Positions 21,335-29,634 of a DNA stretch of 64,000 bases are shown here, one piece after another (position 1 is the stretch's first letter; every line of letters starts with the position of its first letter). The DNA is from Burkholderiales bacterium. Its GTDB lineage: Bacteria > Pseudomonadota > Gammaproteobacteria > Burkholderiales > SG8-41. Both the position numbers and the translations under genes were made by a program. The DNA lies in contig JAHCLD010000001.1 in the NCBI GenBank assembly GCA_026125585.1, positions 1,433 through 65,432 of the forward strand. The letters are read 5' to 3'. A model generated the notes under the pieces. That model was not told the DNA's origin, ran no database searches, and was given only the letters and a program-made list of their open reading frames with translations.

Positions 21335-22516
21335 CTACCGTAACCGGACCCACTGCAAGGGGTCGAAAGGACGTCCTTCGTGCCGCATTTCAAAGTATAA
21401 GCCCGATTCCGCGTTGCCGCCGCTGTTGCCCACGGTTGCCACCGGCTCGCCGCCGCGAATCATGTCGCCGACCTGCTTCAGCAGCGCTTCGGCGTTGGCG
21501 TACAGCGTCATGTAGCTGTCGCCATGGTCGATGATCAGCAGGTTGCCGAAGCCGCGCAGCCAGTCCGCATAGACCACCCTGCCGCCGGCCACCGCCCGCA
21601 CGTCTTCTCCGGTCCTGGCGGCGATGAACACGCCTTTCCAAGTCACGCCGCCGTCTGCGCGTGGACTGCCGAAACGGCTGCCGAGTTCCCCGCGCACCGG
21701 CAGCGCCAGCCGGCCGCGCAGGGCGGCGAAGGGGCTGCCGTCGCCCGTCCCGGACGGCAGCGCCTCGTTGCGCGGCCGCGGTTTTCCGGTCGCGGCCGGT
21801 TTTCTCACCAGCCGGGTGAGCTGGTCGACCAGCCGGGTCAGGCGGTTCTCGTTGGCCTGCATCGCGCGCATTTCGCGCTGCTGCTTCTGGATGTCCCGCG
21901 ACAGCCGGGACAACACGCCGGCACGGGCGCGTTTTTCCTGTTCGAGACGCGCGCGCTGGGCGGTCTGTTCGCGGGTGATGCGGGCAATGGCCGCCGCCTC
22001 GTCCGCGATTTCAGCCTGCAGGCGCTCGAGTTCCCGCAGGTTCGCGCGCAGGCCGTCGACCAGCCGTGCGCGCGCGCGCGCGACATGCGACAGGTAATGC
22101 AGCTGACGGGTGAGGGCGCTGGGGTCTTCGCGGCCCAGCACCAGGCGCAGCGCGTCGGGTTCGCCCTGGAAATACTGCTGCCGCAGCATGCGCCCGAGGA
22201 GTTCCTGCTGGCCGCGCAGCGCGGCGCCGGCGGCATCCGCGGATTTGCGCAATCCGGACATTTTGGCGTTCGATTCCCGGGATTGCGCGGCAAGCTCGCG
22301 CAGCTCGCGATTGGCTTCCGAGATCGCCTGTTCCGATTCGCGCAGGGCATCGGAGGCTTCGCTGCGGCTTTCCTCGGCGGCCGCCAGCTTTTTCTGCATG
22401 GCGGAGATGCGCGCGCGCAGTTCGCGCAGCTCCTGCTGCGTCTGCCCCGCGGTCGCGGCAAGGGCGGCGTGGGGCAGCGCCAGCCATGCGATGAGCAGGC
22501 CCGCGACCCGGTTCAC
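21335..22516 (-). CDS. envC: murein hydrolase activator, coiled-coil + M23/LytM domain (EnvC-like)
   Basis: GTG start overlaps the gpmI stop (GTGA). Long coiled coil, then LIIDHGDSYMTLYAN...GLYFEMRHEGRPFDP. Confidence 0.8.
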   Translation of the reverse strand: MNRVAGLLIAWLALPHAALAATAGQTQQELRELRARISAMQKKLAAAEESRSEASDALRESEQAISEANRELRELAAQSRESNAKMSGLRKSADAAGAALRGQQELLGRMLRQQYFQGEPDALRLVLGREDPSALTRQLHYLSHVARARARLVDGLRANLRELERLQAEIADEAAAIARITREQTAQRARLEQEKRARAGVLSRLSRDIQKQQREMRAMQANENRLTRLVDQLTRLVRKPAATGKPRPRNEALPSGTGDGSPFAALRGRLALPVRGELGSRFGSPRADGGVTWKGVFIAARTGEDVRAVAGGRVVYADWLRGFGNLLIIDHGDSYMTLYANAEALLKQVGDMIRGGEPVATVGNSGGNAESGLYFEMRHEGRPFDPLQWVRLR

Positions 22517-24048
22517 GCAAACTCGATCAGCGGGCGTCCCGTCATTTCGGCGGGTTGCGGCAATCCCATCACCGCCAGCAGCGTCGGCGCGACATCCTGC
22601 AGCGCGCCGCCGTCTGCAATGCGTGCCTTGCGCCCGATATAGAGCAGCGGCACCAGGTTCAGGGTGTGCGCCGTGTGCGGCTGCCGCGATTCCGGGTCGC
22701 GCATGGTTTCGGCATTGCCGTGGTCCGCGGTGATCAGCACCTCGCCGCCGATGCCCTGCATCGCCTCGACGACGCGGCCGATGCATTCGTCGAGCACCTC
22801 GATGGCGCGGGTCGCCGCGGCGAGGTTGCCGGTGTGCCCGACCATGTCGCCATTGGCGTAGTTGCAGACGATGGCGTCGTAACGGCGCGATTCGATGGCC
22901 TGCACCAGCTTGTCGGTGACCTCGCGCGCGCTCATTTCCGGCTGCAGGTCATAGGTGGCCACTTTCGGCGAGGGCACCAGCACGCGGTCCTCGCCGGGGT
23001 AGGGGGTTTCCACGCCGCCGTTGAAGAAATAGGTCACGTGGGCGTACTTCTCGGTCTCGGCGATGCGCAGCTGGTGCAGTCCCTTTTTCGACAGGTATTC
23101 ACCGAAACCGTCGCGGATCTGCTGGGGCCCGAACGCGGCCGGGATATGGCTGAAGTCCTCGCCGTAGCCGGTCAGCGTGCAGTAGTAGGCGAGTTTCGGC
23201 ATGCGTTTGCGCGCGAAACCCGCAAAAGCCTGGTCGGTGAGCGCCGCTGTCAGCTGGCGGGCGCGGTCGGAGCGGAAATTCATGAATACAACCGCGTCGC
23301 CGTCGTTGATGCGCACCGGCGTCGTGCCGGCCGGGACGATTGCCGTCGCTTTCACGAATTCGTCGGTTTCGCCGCGGGCATAGGCCGCCTTGAGGCCGGC
23401 CAGCGCATCGGCTGCGGTGAACGGTGCCGTTCCATCGACGATCAGGTCGTAGGCCGACTCGACCCGGTCCCAGCGCTGGTCGCGGTCCATCGCGAAGTAA
23501 CGACCGCAGATCGATGCGATGCGCGCATTGCCGAGGGCGCGGCATTTCCGCTCCAGTGCCGCCAGCGAGGCTTCCGCGTTTTGCGGCGGCGTGTCGCGGC
23601 CGTCGAGGAAGGCGTGCACGCAGACCTGTTTCGCGCCCTTCGCGGCGGCGAGATCGAGCAGAGCGTGAATCTGCGATTCGTGGCTGTGCACGCCGCCGGT
23701 GGAGAGCAGGCCGAGGACATGCAGCGTGCCGCTCCCGGCCTTGCGGACCGCGGCCTCGAGCACCGGGTTTTCGGCGAACTCCCCGGTTTCGATGGCATGT
23801 TCGATCTTGGTGTAGTCCTGGTACACCACCCGGCCGGCGCCGATGTTCATGTGGCCGACTTCGGAATTGCCCATCTGCAGCGCCGGCAATCCGACCCATT
23901 TTTCCGAGGCGTCGATGAGGGTGTGCGGGCAGGTTTCCCACAGGAAATTCCAGTGCGGTTTGCGCGCCTGGCAGATGGCGTTGTCGTCGCAGTCCTCGCG
24001 GTGGCCGAAACCGTCGAGAATGACCAGCAATACCGGTGTTATCTTCAT
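22513..24048 (-). CDS. gpmI: 2,3-bisphosphoglycerate-independent phosphoglycerate mutase
   Basis: 511 aa. PVLLVILDGFG, MGNSEVGHMNIGAGR and ITADHGNAE motifs. Confidence 0.95.
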   Translation of the reverse strand: MKITPVLLVILDGFGHREDCDDNAICQARKPHWNFLWETCPHTLIDASEKWVGLPALQMGNSEVGHMNIGAGRVVYQDYTKIEHAIETGEFAENPVLEAAVRKAGSGTLHVLGLLSTGGVHSHESQIHALLDLAAAKGAKQVCVHAFLDGRDTPPQNAEASLAALERKCRALGNARIASICGRYFAMDRDQRWDRVESAYDLIVDGTAPFTAADALAGLKAAYARGETDEFVKATAIVPAGTTPVRINDGDAVVFMNFRSDRARQLTAALTDQAFAGFARKRMPKLAYYCTLTGYGEDFSHIPAAFGPQQIRDGFGEYLSKKGLHQLRIAETEKYAHVTYFFNGGVETPYPGEDRVLVPSPKVATYDLQPEMSAREVTDKLVQAIESRRYDAIVCNYANGDMVGHTGNLAAATRAIEVLDECIGRVVEAMQGIGGEVLITADHGNAETMRDPESRQPHTAHTLNLVPLLYIGRKARIADGGALQDVAPTLLAVMGLPQPAEMTGRPLIEFA

Positions 24049-24130
24049 GATTTCAATGGATTTTTCAGAATATTGTGATGCAGTATAATTCTAAATCATT
24101 TCAACAGACTTGGGCGGTACCGGGAGATTC

Positions 24131-24457
24131 ATGACTGACGTGGTCGCAGTGCGTGAGCAGTTGCTGGAGAAAGAGGAGCATATCGAGCAGGCTTCGCGGG
24201 CGCTCAAGGCCATGGCGCATCCGCTGCGCCTGAAAATCCTCTGCGTGCTGGGCGACCAGGAAGTCAGCGTGCAGGACATCGTCGACTGCGTCGGCACCTC
24301 GCAGAGCAACATTTCCCAGCATCTGGCCATCCTCCGTGAAAAGGGCGTGCTGCGCACGCGCAAGGACGCCAACCGCGTCTATTACCGCATCGGCGACGAG
24401 CGCACGCTGACGCTGATCAGCATGATGCGGGAAGTGTTTTGCGGGCCGGGAAAATAA
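24131..24457 (+). CDS. ArsR/SmtB-family transcriptional regulator
   Basis: LKAMAHPLRLKILCVL ... QSNISQHLAILREKGVL winged HTH. Confidence 0.8.
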   Translation: MTDVVAVREQLLEKEEHIEQASRALKAMAHPLRLKILCVLGDQEVSVQDIVDCVGTSQSNISQHLAILREKGVLRTRKDANRVYYRIGDERTLTLISMMREVFCGPGK

Positions 24458-24497
24458 CGTTTCCGACAGACCGCCTCTTGCCTTGTCCGGGCATCGA

Positions 24498-26270
24498 ATG
24501 GATGCCGGACCGCGGATGAATCCCGTCGCTGTTCTGCCGGCGCGCATCGGCCTCGCCGCCGCGCTGCTGCTGTGCGTGCTGCCGTTCCTGCCGCCGCACC
24601 ACCGTTTTCCGCTGACCTCCTTTTATCCGGAGTGGCTGGCCTTCGCCTGCGGCCTGGGCGTGATGGTCGTGCTGCTCGATCGCCGTGCCTGGGTGAATGC
24701 CGCGGTGCCGTGGCTGGCGTTGCCCCCGTTTGCACTGGCCGGACTGGTTCTTTTCCACGGCCTTGCCGGCTGGTCTCCCTATTTCGGCCAGGCGCTGCTG
24801 GGGGCCCTTTACCTGGTCTGGGCCGGATTGCTGGTCATCGCGGCGCGCGCGCTGGTGCGCAATTGCGGTTTTGAAACCGTCTGCACCGCGGTCGCGGCAG
24901 GACTCGCCGCGGGCGCGCTGCTCAGCGCGGTCATCGGCGTGATCCAGCACTTCAACCTGGACACGCCGCTGAACCCCTTCATCACCCGCCTGCACAGCAC
25001 CGCGATCTTCGGCAACCTCGCGCAGCCCAATCATTTCGCGGCGCAGGTCGCGCTGGGACTGTTCAGTGTTGCCCACCTGCACAGCCGCGGCCGCCTGCCG
25101 CTCTTCGTCGCCGTGGTTGCCGCGTTGCCGCTGCTGTTCGTGCTTGGCCTGTCCGGTTCGCGCAGCGTCTGGCTTTACCTGCTCGCGGCCTTCGCCGCCG
25201 CGGTCCGGCTGCGCCTGGCCGGCGATGATCCGCGCGCGCGGCAACTGTTCGTCTGGACCGGCCTGTTCATCGTGCTGCATTACCTGCTGCAACTCGGCGC
25301 GGGCCTCGGCTGGTTCGCGCCATCGCAGCGCGAGACGGTGACCGCCGTGGAGCGCCTGTTCTCGGGCGCTGCCAGCGTCAGCGACCGCATCGGACTGTGG
25401 CAGGCGGCCTGGATGATCGCCGCGGAACACCCGTTCACGGGAGTCGGCTGGGGCGCATTCGCGGAACATTATTTCCGGTACCTGGCCGGTTCCGGGGACC
25501 TTGCCGCGCCGCCGGGCCTCTACAACAACCTCCACAACCTGCCCCTGCACCTGCTGATCGAAACCGGCATCGCGGGAGCGGCCCTGCTGCTGGTTCCCGC
25601 GGGCTGGGGACTGTGGCTCGCCTTGCGGGCGCGGCCGGACCCGGGCCACTGGTGGCTGTGGGCGACGCTGGGCGTCTTTGGAATCCACAGCCTGCTCGAA
25701 TATCCGCTGTGGTACGCCTATTTCCTCGGCATCGCGGCCCTGCTGCTGGGCCTGTGCCCGTCGCCGGCGCTGTTGCCGCGGCTGGCACGGTTCGGGCGCA
25801 TGGTCGCCGCCTCGGCGATGCTGGCGGGCGCCGCGAACCTGGTTTTCCTGTGGAACGACTACCGTGTTCTCGAGCGCGTGGTCCGTCCCACGATCGAGCA
25901 GCTGCGCAGCGCCGGTTTCGCCGACACGATCCTGCGCATCCATCGCAACACGCTGCTGACGCCCTATGTCGAATTGTCGATGGCGACGCCGCTGCCGGTG
26001 AGCCGGGAAGACCTGCAGCGCCGCCTTGCGCTGAGCGAAAGGGTGATCCGTTTCTCGCCGCAGCCCGTTCTGGTCTACCGCCAGGTCCTGCTGCTGGCGC
26101 TGGCCGGGCGCGGGGCGGAAGCGCAGTCGCTGCTGGCGGCCGCGCGGCGCGTCTATCCCGGCGCGCCCGCCGGTTTCGAACAGCGCCTCGCGCAACTGGC
26201 CGTCGAGGAACCGGTGCTTTTCCGGCCTCTGTTAGAATCCGCCCATTCCGGCCGCCGGCCCCAGCAATAA
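24498..26270 (+). CDS. O-antigen-ligase-domain membrane protein, PglL/PilO-type O-oligosaccharyltransferase-like
   Basis: About 12 TM helices. Wzy_C-like loop (LHNLPLHLLIETG) and HSLLEYPLWYAYFLG motif recalled from PglL-family enzymes. Start uncertain (24483/24498/24516). Confidence 0.65.
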   Translation: MDAGPRMNPVAVLPARIGLAAALLLCVLPFLPPHHRFPLTSFYPEWLAFACGLGVMVVLLDRRAWVNAAVPWLALPPFALAGLVLFHGLAGWSPYFGQALLGALYLVWAGLLVIAARALVRNCGFETVCTAVAAGLAAGALLSAVIGVIQHFNLDTPLNPFITRLHSTAIFGNLAQPNHFAAQVALGLFSVAHLHSRGRLPLFVAVVAALPLLFVLGLSGSRSVWLYLLAAFAAAVRLRLAGDDPRARQLFVWTGLFIVLHYLLQLGAGLGWFAPSQRETVTAVERLFSGAASVSDRIGLWQAAWMIAAEHPFTGVGWGAFAEHYFRYLAGSGDLAAPPGLYNNLHNLPLHLLIETGIAGAALLLVPAGWGLWLALRARPDPGHWWLWATLGVFGIHSLLEYPLWYAYFLGIAALLLGLCPSPALLPRLARFGRMVAASAMLAGAANLVFLWNDYRVLERVVRPTIEQLRSAGFADTILRIHRNTLLTPYVELSMATPLPVSREDLQRRLALSERVIRFSPQPVLVYRQVLLLALAGRGAEAQSLLAAARRVYPGAPAGFEQRLAQLAVEEPVLFRPLLESAHSGRRPQQ

Positions 26271-26280
26271 TCGTTTCCCC

Positions 26281-26715
26281 ATGGATGCCTTCATCGTTTT
26301 CCTGCAGAAAAGCCCGTTCAACATGATGCTGTTCGGCGCCGCGGTCGCCACCGGCGCGATGCTGCTGTGGCCGCTGCTGATGCGCCCTTTCCGCGCCGGC
26401 CGCGAAGTCAGCGCGCACGAAGCCGTGCAGCTGATCAACCGCAGGGATGCGCTGGTGGTCGATGTGCGCGATACCGGCGAGTTCGAGGCCGGGCATGTCG
26501 CCGGCGCGCGGCATGTGCCCGAGAAGCAGCTGGTCGAACGTCTCCGGGAACTGGAAAAATTCAAGACGCGGCCGATCATCGTGACCTGCCGCAGCGGCAC
26601 GCGTTCGGACGTCGCGGTGCAGGTGTTGCGCCGCAACGGCTTCGGCGAGGCCATGAACCTGCGCGGCGGCATCGGTGCCTGGGAGCAGGCCGGCATGCCG
26701 CTCGAAAAACGCTGA
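26281..26715 (+). CDS. membrane-anchored rhodanese-domain protein
   Basis: N-terminal TM helix. Rhodanese active-site loop CRSGTRS. Confidence 0.8.
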   Translation: MDAFIVFLQKSPFNMMLFGAAVATGAMLLWPLLMRPFRAGREVSAHEAVQLINRRDALVVDVRDTGEFEAGHVAGARHVPEKQLVERLRELEKFKTRPIIVTCRSGTRSDVAVQVLRRNGFGEAMNLRGGIGAWEQAGMPLEKR

Positions 26716-26732
26716 TCCGCGCGGGCCGCATC

Positions 26733-26990
26733 ATGGCGAAAGTCCGCATGTACACCACCGCAGTCTGTCCCTACTGCCAGATGGCCGAGCGCCTGCTGCG
26801 CGGCAAGGGCGTTGCCGACATCGACAAGGTCCGCGTCGATCTTGATCCCGCGCTGCGCGAGGACATGATGGCAAAAACCGGCCGGCGCACGGTGCCGCAG
26901 ATCTACATCGGCGACACCCACGTCGGCGGTTACGACGATCTGGCGGCGCTCGACCGCGCCGGCAGGCTGGACCCGCTGCTGGCGGCGTAA
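26733..26990 (+). CDS. grxC: glutaredoxin 3
   Basis: 85 aa. CPYC active site and TVPQIYIGDTHVGGYDDL. Confidence 0.9.
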   Translation: MAKVRMYTTAVCPYCQMAERLLRGKGVADIDKVRVDLDPALREDMMAKTGRRTVPQIYIGDTHVGGYDDLAALDRAGRLDPLLAA

Positions 26991-27024
26991 GCGCCGGCGC
27001 CCCCGTAATCCAAGGAACCCGAGC

Positions 27025-27612
27025 ATGAGCGAGCAACAACAGCAGGCGCAATTCGGCATCGAAAAAATCTACATCAAGGATCTGTCGCTGGAGATCCCCA
27101 ACGCGCCGCAGATCTTTCTCGAACGCGAGAACCCGCAGATCGAGATCAGCGTGCATAACGCCGCGACTCCGCTGGAGCAGGCCGGTCTTTTCGAAGGAGT
27201 GATGACGGTCACGGTGACTGCCAAGCTCGCGGAAAAAACCGTATTCCTGATCGAGGTCGCGCAGGCGGGCATTTTCCAGATCGTTGGCCTGCCGCCGCAG
27301 GAAACCGATGCCGTGCTCGGCATCATGTGCCCCAACACGCTGCTGCCCTACGCCCGTGAGGCGGTGGCCAGCCTGATGGCGCGCGCCGGATTCCCGCCCG
27401 TACTGCTGCAGCACATGAATTTCGAGGCGGCCCACGAGAGCGCCCGGCGCCGCTGCAGGAGGAGCAGGCGGCCAGGCGCGGCGCGGCGCCGAACTGACGC
27501 ATCCGGCGATGACGCGCGCGCTGATCATCGCAATGCTGGCCGGGCTGGTGCCGGCCGCCGCCTGCGCCGCGGATTTCCGTTCGGTGGCGGAGCCCGCGGC
27601 GGTGCTTTATGA
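27025..27612 (+). CDS. secB: protein-export chaperone SecB (3' end doubtful; alternative stop at 27497 after a -1 frame change)
   Basis: FGIEKIYIKDLSLEIPNAP ... CPNTLLPYAREAVASLMARAGFPP is canonical SecB. The last ~55 codons are an Arg-rich tail overlapping the next gene by 104 nt. Confidence 0.8.
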   Translation: MSEQQQQAQFGIEKIYIKDLSLEIPNAPQIFLERENPQIEISVHNAATPLEQAGLFEGVMTVTVTAKLAEKTVFLIEVAQAGIFQIVGLPPQETDAVLGIMCPNTLLPYAREAVASLMARAGFPPVLLQHMNFEAAHESARRRCRRSRRPGAARRRTDASGDDARADHRNAGRAGAGRRLRRGFPFGGGARGGAL

Positions 27613-27946
27613 CGCCCCGTCGGTCAAATCGGGCAAGCTGTTCATCGTCAATCGCGGCTACCCGCTGGAAGTGATGGTCCAGGTCGAGGGCTGGGTCAAG
27701 GTCCGCGACGCCGCCGGCACCCTGTCCTGGATCGAGAGCAAGTCGCTGGACAATGCGCGCAACGTGCTGCTCAAAACCGCGACCACCGTGCGCCAGAAGC
27801 CCGCCGCCGATGCGCCGGCAGCCTTCGAGGGACAGCGCGACCTGCTGCTCGAAGTGGTGGAGGGTGCCAGCGCCGGCTGGATCCACGTCCGTCACCGCGA
27901 CGGCACTGCCGGTTACGTCCGCGCCGCCGACGTCTGGGGCGGATGA
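27509..27946 (+). CDS. periplasmic SH3-domain protein
   Basis: Signal peptide [20 protein letters not shown]. Two SH3b-like repeats ([22 protein letters not shown]). Confidence 0.65.
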   Translation: MTRALIIAMLAGLVPAAACAADFRSVAEPAAVLYDAPSVKSGKLFIVNRGYPLEVMVQVEGWVKVRDAAGTLSWIESKSLDNARNVLLKTATTVRQKPAADAPAAFEGQRDLLLEVVEGASAGWIHVRHRDGTAGYVRAADVWGG

Positions 27947-27971
27947 CCGGGGCCGCGGGCATTCTTCCGCG

Positions 27972-28979
27972 ATGAAAATCGCCGTCCTCGGCGCCGGCGC
28001 CTGGGGCACCGCGCTCGCCATCAACCTTTCCGGCCGGCATGACGTGTCCCTGTGGGCGCGCGATGCCGCGCAACTGCGCGGGATGGCCGCGGACCGGGTC
28101 AATGAACGCTATCTGCCGGGTTGCCGTTTTCCGGAACGGCTGTCGGTGGAGCCTGATCTGCCGCGCGCGCTGGCGGCCTGTGACTATGCGGTCCTTGCCG
28201 TCACCGTCTCCGGTCTGCGCATGACGCTGCGCCGCCTGCGCGAACTGCGCATCGCGGCGCCCGTGATCTGGCTGTGCAAGGGATTCGAGCGCCCGGATGC
28301 GCGCCTGCCGCACGAAGTGTATGCGGAGGAAATGGGCGGCAGCCCCGCGGGCGCGGTGCTCTCCGGTCCCAGCTTTGCGCAGGAGGTTGCGGCCGGCCTT
28401 CCCGCCGCGCTGACGCTGGCGGCGACGGATGCCGGATTTGCGGCCGCCGCCGCGCAGGCGCTGCACGGACCCGCGCTGCGGGCGTATTCGCATGACGACG
28501 TGATCGGCGTCGAGGTCGGCGGCGCGGTCAAGAACGTGATCGCGATTGCCGCCGGTGTCTGCGACGGGCTGGGCCTCGGGCTGAATGCCCGCGCGGCGCT
28601 GATCACCCGCGGGCTGGCGGAAATGACGCGCTTGGGCGTTGCCCTCGGCGGCCGCGCCGAAACCTTCACCGGACTGGCGGGCATCGGCGACCTGCTGTTG
28701 ACCTGCACCGGCGACCTTTCACGCAATCGCCGCGTCGGGCTGGCGCTGGCACGCGGCGAGGCTGTCGCTTCGGCGCAGGCCGGCCTCGGCCATGTCGCCG
28801 AGGGTGTGTTCACGGCGGAAGAGGTCAGCCGCCGGGCGGCCGCGCTCGGCGTGGAGATGCCGATCACCGATGCGGTGTGCCGCGTGCTGGCGCGGCCGGA
28901 AGACGCGGCCGTGGTCGTGCGCAACCTGCTGGGACGCGATCCCAAACCCGAGCATGCGGGGCAGCAGCCACCGCGCTGA
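27972..28979 (+). CDS. gpsA: NAD(P)H-dependent glycerol-3-phosphate dehydrogenase
   Basis: ORF trimmed to [16 protein letters not shown] Rossmann start. [12 protein letters not shown] and SRNRRVG motifs. Confidence 0.9.
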   Translation: MKIAVLGAGAWGTALAINLSGRHDVSLWARDAAQLRGMAADRVNERYLPGCRFPERLSVEPDLPRALAACDYAVLAVTVSGLRMTLRRLRELRIAAPVIWLCKGFERPDARLPHEVYAEEMGGSPAGAVLSGPSFAQEVAAGLPAALTLAATDAGFAAAAAQALHGPALRAYSHDDVIGVEVGGAVKNVIAIAAGVCDGLGLGLNARAALITRGLAEMTRLGVALGGRAETFTGLAGIGDLLLTCTGDLSRNRRVGLALARGEAVASAQAGLGHVAEGVFTAEEVSRRAAALGVEMPITDAVCRVLARPEDAAVVVRNLLGRDPKPEHAGQQPPR

Positions 28980-28983
28980 GTGT

Positions 28984-29445
28984 TCAGGCGCCGCCGCCGA
29001 AACCGTTCTGGCGCCAGGCTTCGTAGACGATCACCGCAACGGCGTTGGCAAGATTCAGGCTGCGGCTCTCGTGCATCGGCAGTCGCAGCCGCCGTTCCGC
29101 CGGCCAGGATTCCAGCAGGGTTGCGGGCAGGCCCCGGGTCTCCGGACCGAACACCAGCACATCATCCGCGGCATAGGCGATCCGGTCGTAACGCGTGCTG
29201 CCGCGGGTCGTGACGGCGAACATCCGTCTTCCGGAGAAATGGGCGCGGCAGCCCGGCCAGTCGTCGTGCAGCCTGAGTCCGGCGCGCGACCGGTAGTCGA
29301 GTCCGGCACGCGCCAGCGTGCGGTCGTTGAGGGTGAAGCCCAGCGGCCGCACGAGATGCAGCCGCGAGCCGGTGTTGGCCGCCAATCGCATCACGTTGCC
29401 GGTATTGGGCGCGATTTCGGGCTCGTAGAGCACGATGTCGAACAT
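28984..29445 (-). CDS. trmL: tRNA (cytidine/uridine-2'-O-)-methyltransferase TrmL (SpoU/TrmH family)
   Basis: 153 aa. EPEIAPNTGNVMRLAANTG and SLNLANAVAVIVYEAWRQ motifs. Confidence 0.85.
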   Translation of the reverse strand: MFDIVLYEPEIAPNTGNVMRLAANTGSRLHLVRPLGFTLNDRTLARAGLDYRSRAGLRLHDDWPGCRAHFSGRRMFAVTTRGSTRYDRIAYAADDVLVFGPETRGLPATLLESWPAERRLRLPMHESRSLNLANAVAVIVYEAWRQNGFGGGA

Positions 29446-29492
29446 CGGTCAGTTCCTGCGTTGCGCTGATCGGGTTGTCTTCGGCACCTTAA

Positions 29493-29530
29493 GCGGATAT
29501 CCTTAATTATCAATAACATGCGATATCCGC
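29493..29530. promoter_or_regulatory. 9-bp perfect inverted repeat GCGGATATC / GATATCCGC around a 20-nt AT-rich loop (weak AT-box copy G); a third CGGATAT half-site at 29531-29537
   Basis: Read directly from the sequence. Lies about 30 bp upstream of the mshE sigma-54 promoter, the position expected for an activator or IHF site. Confidence 0.5.
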
Positions 29531-29557
29531 CGGATATTCGCGGTGCAGGACGTGCGT

Positions 29558-29573
29558 TGGCACGCCGCTTGCA
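29558..29573 (+). promoter_or_regulatory. sigma-54 (RpoN) promoter upstream of mshE
   Basis: TGGCAC-GCCGC-TTGCA matches TGGCAC-N5-TTGCW exactly. 62 nt upstream of the ATG at 29635. Confidence 0.7.
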
Positions 29574-29634
29574 TTGTTAGCATTGCCTGCATTGTCTGTT
29601 TCACATCGTCTGCTTCATTTTGAGCGAAAACCGA

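Noticed and set aside
24049-24130. AT-rich gpmI/arsR divergent intergenic region, first suspected to be another AT-box copy.
   Set aside because: It lacks the AAAAACAA core and the flanking conserved positions. It contains a plain TATAAT (24084-24089) and is adequately explained as a divergent promoter region.
29571-29597. Possible link between the 9-bp periodicity of the GCATTGNNN triplet in the mshE leader and that of the CACAGAGNN arrays at 10172-10327.
   Set aside because: The unit sequences are unrelated. A shared 9-bp period in two places is not enough to propose a common mechanism, so each is reported separately.
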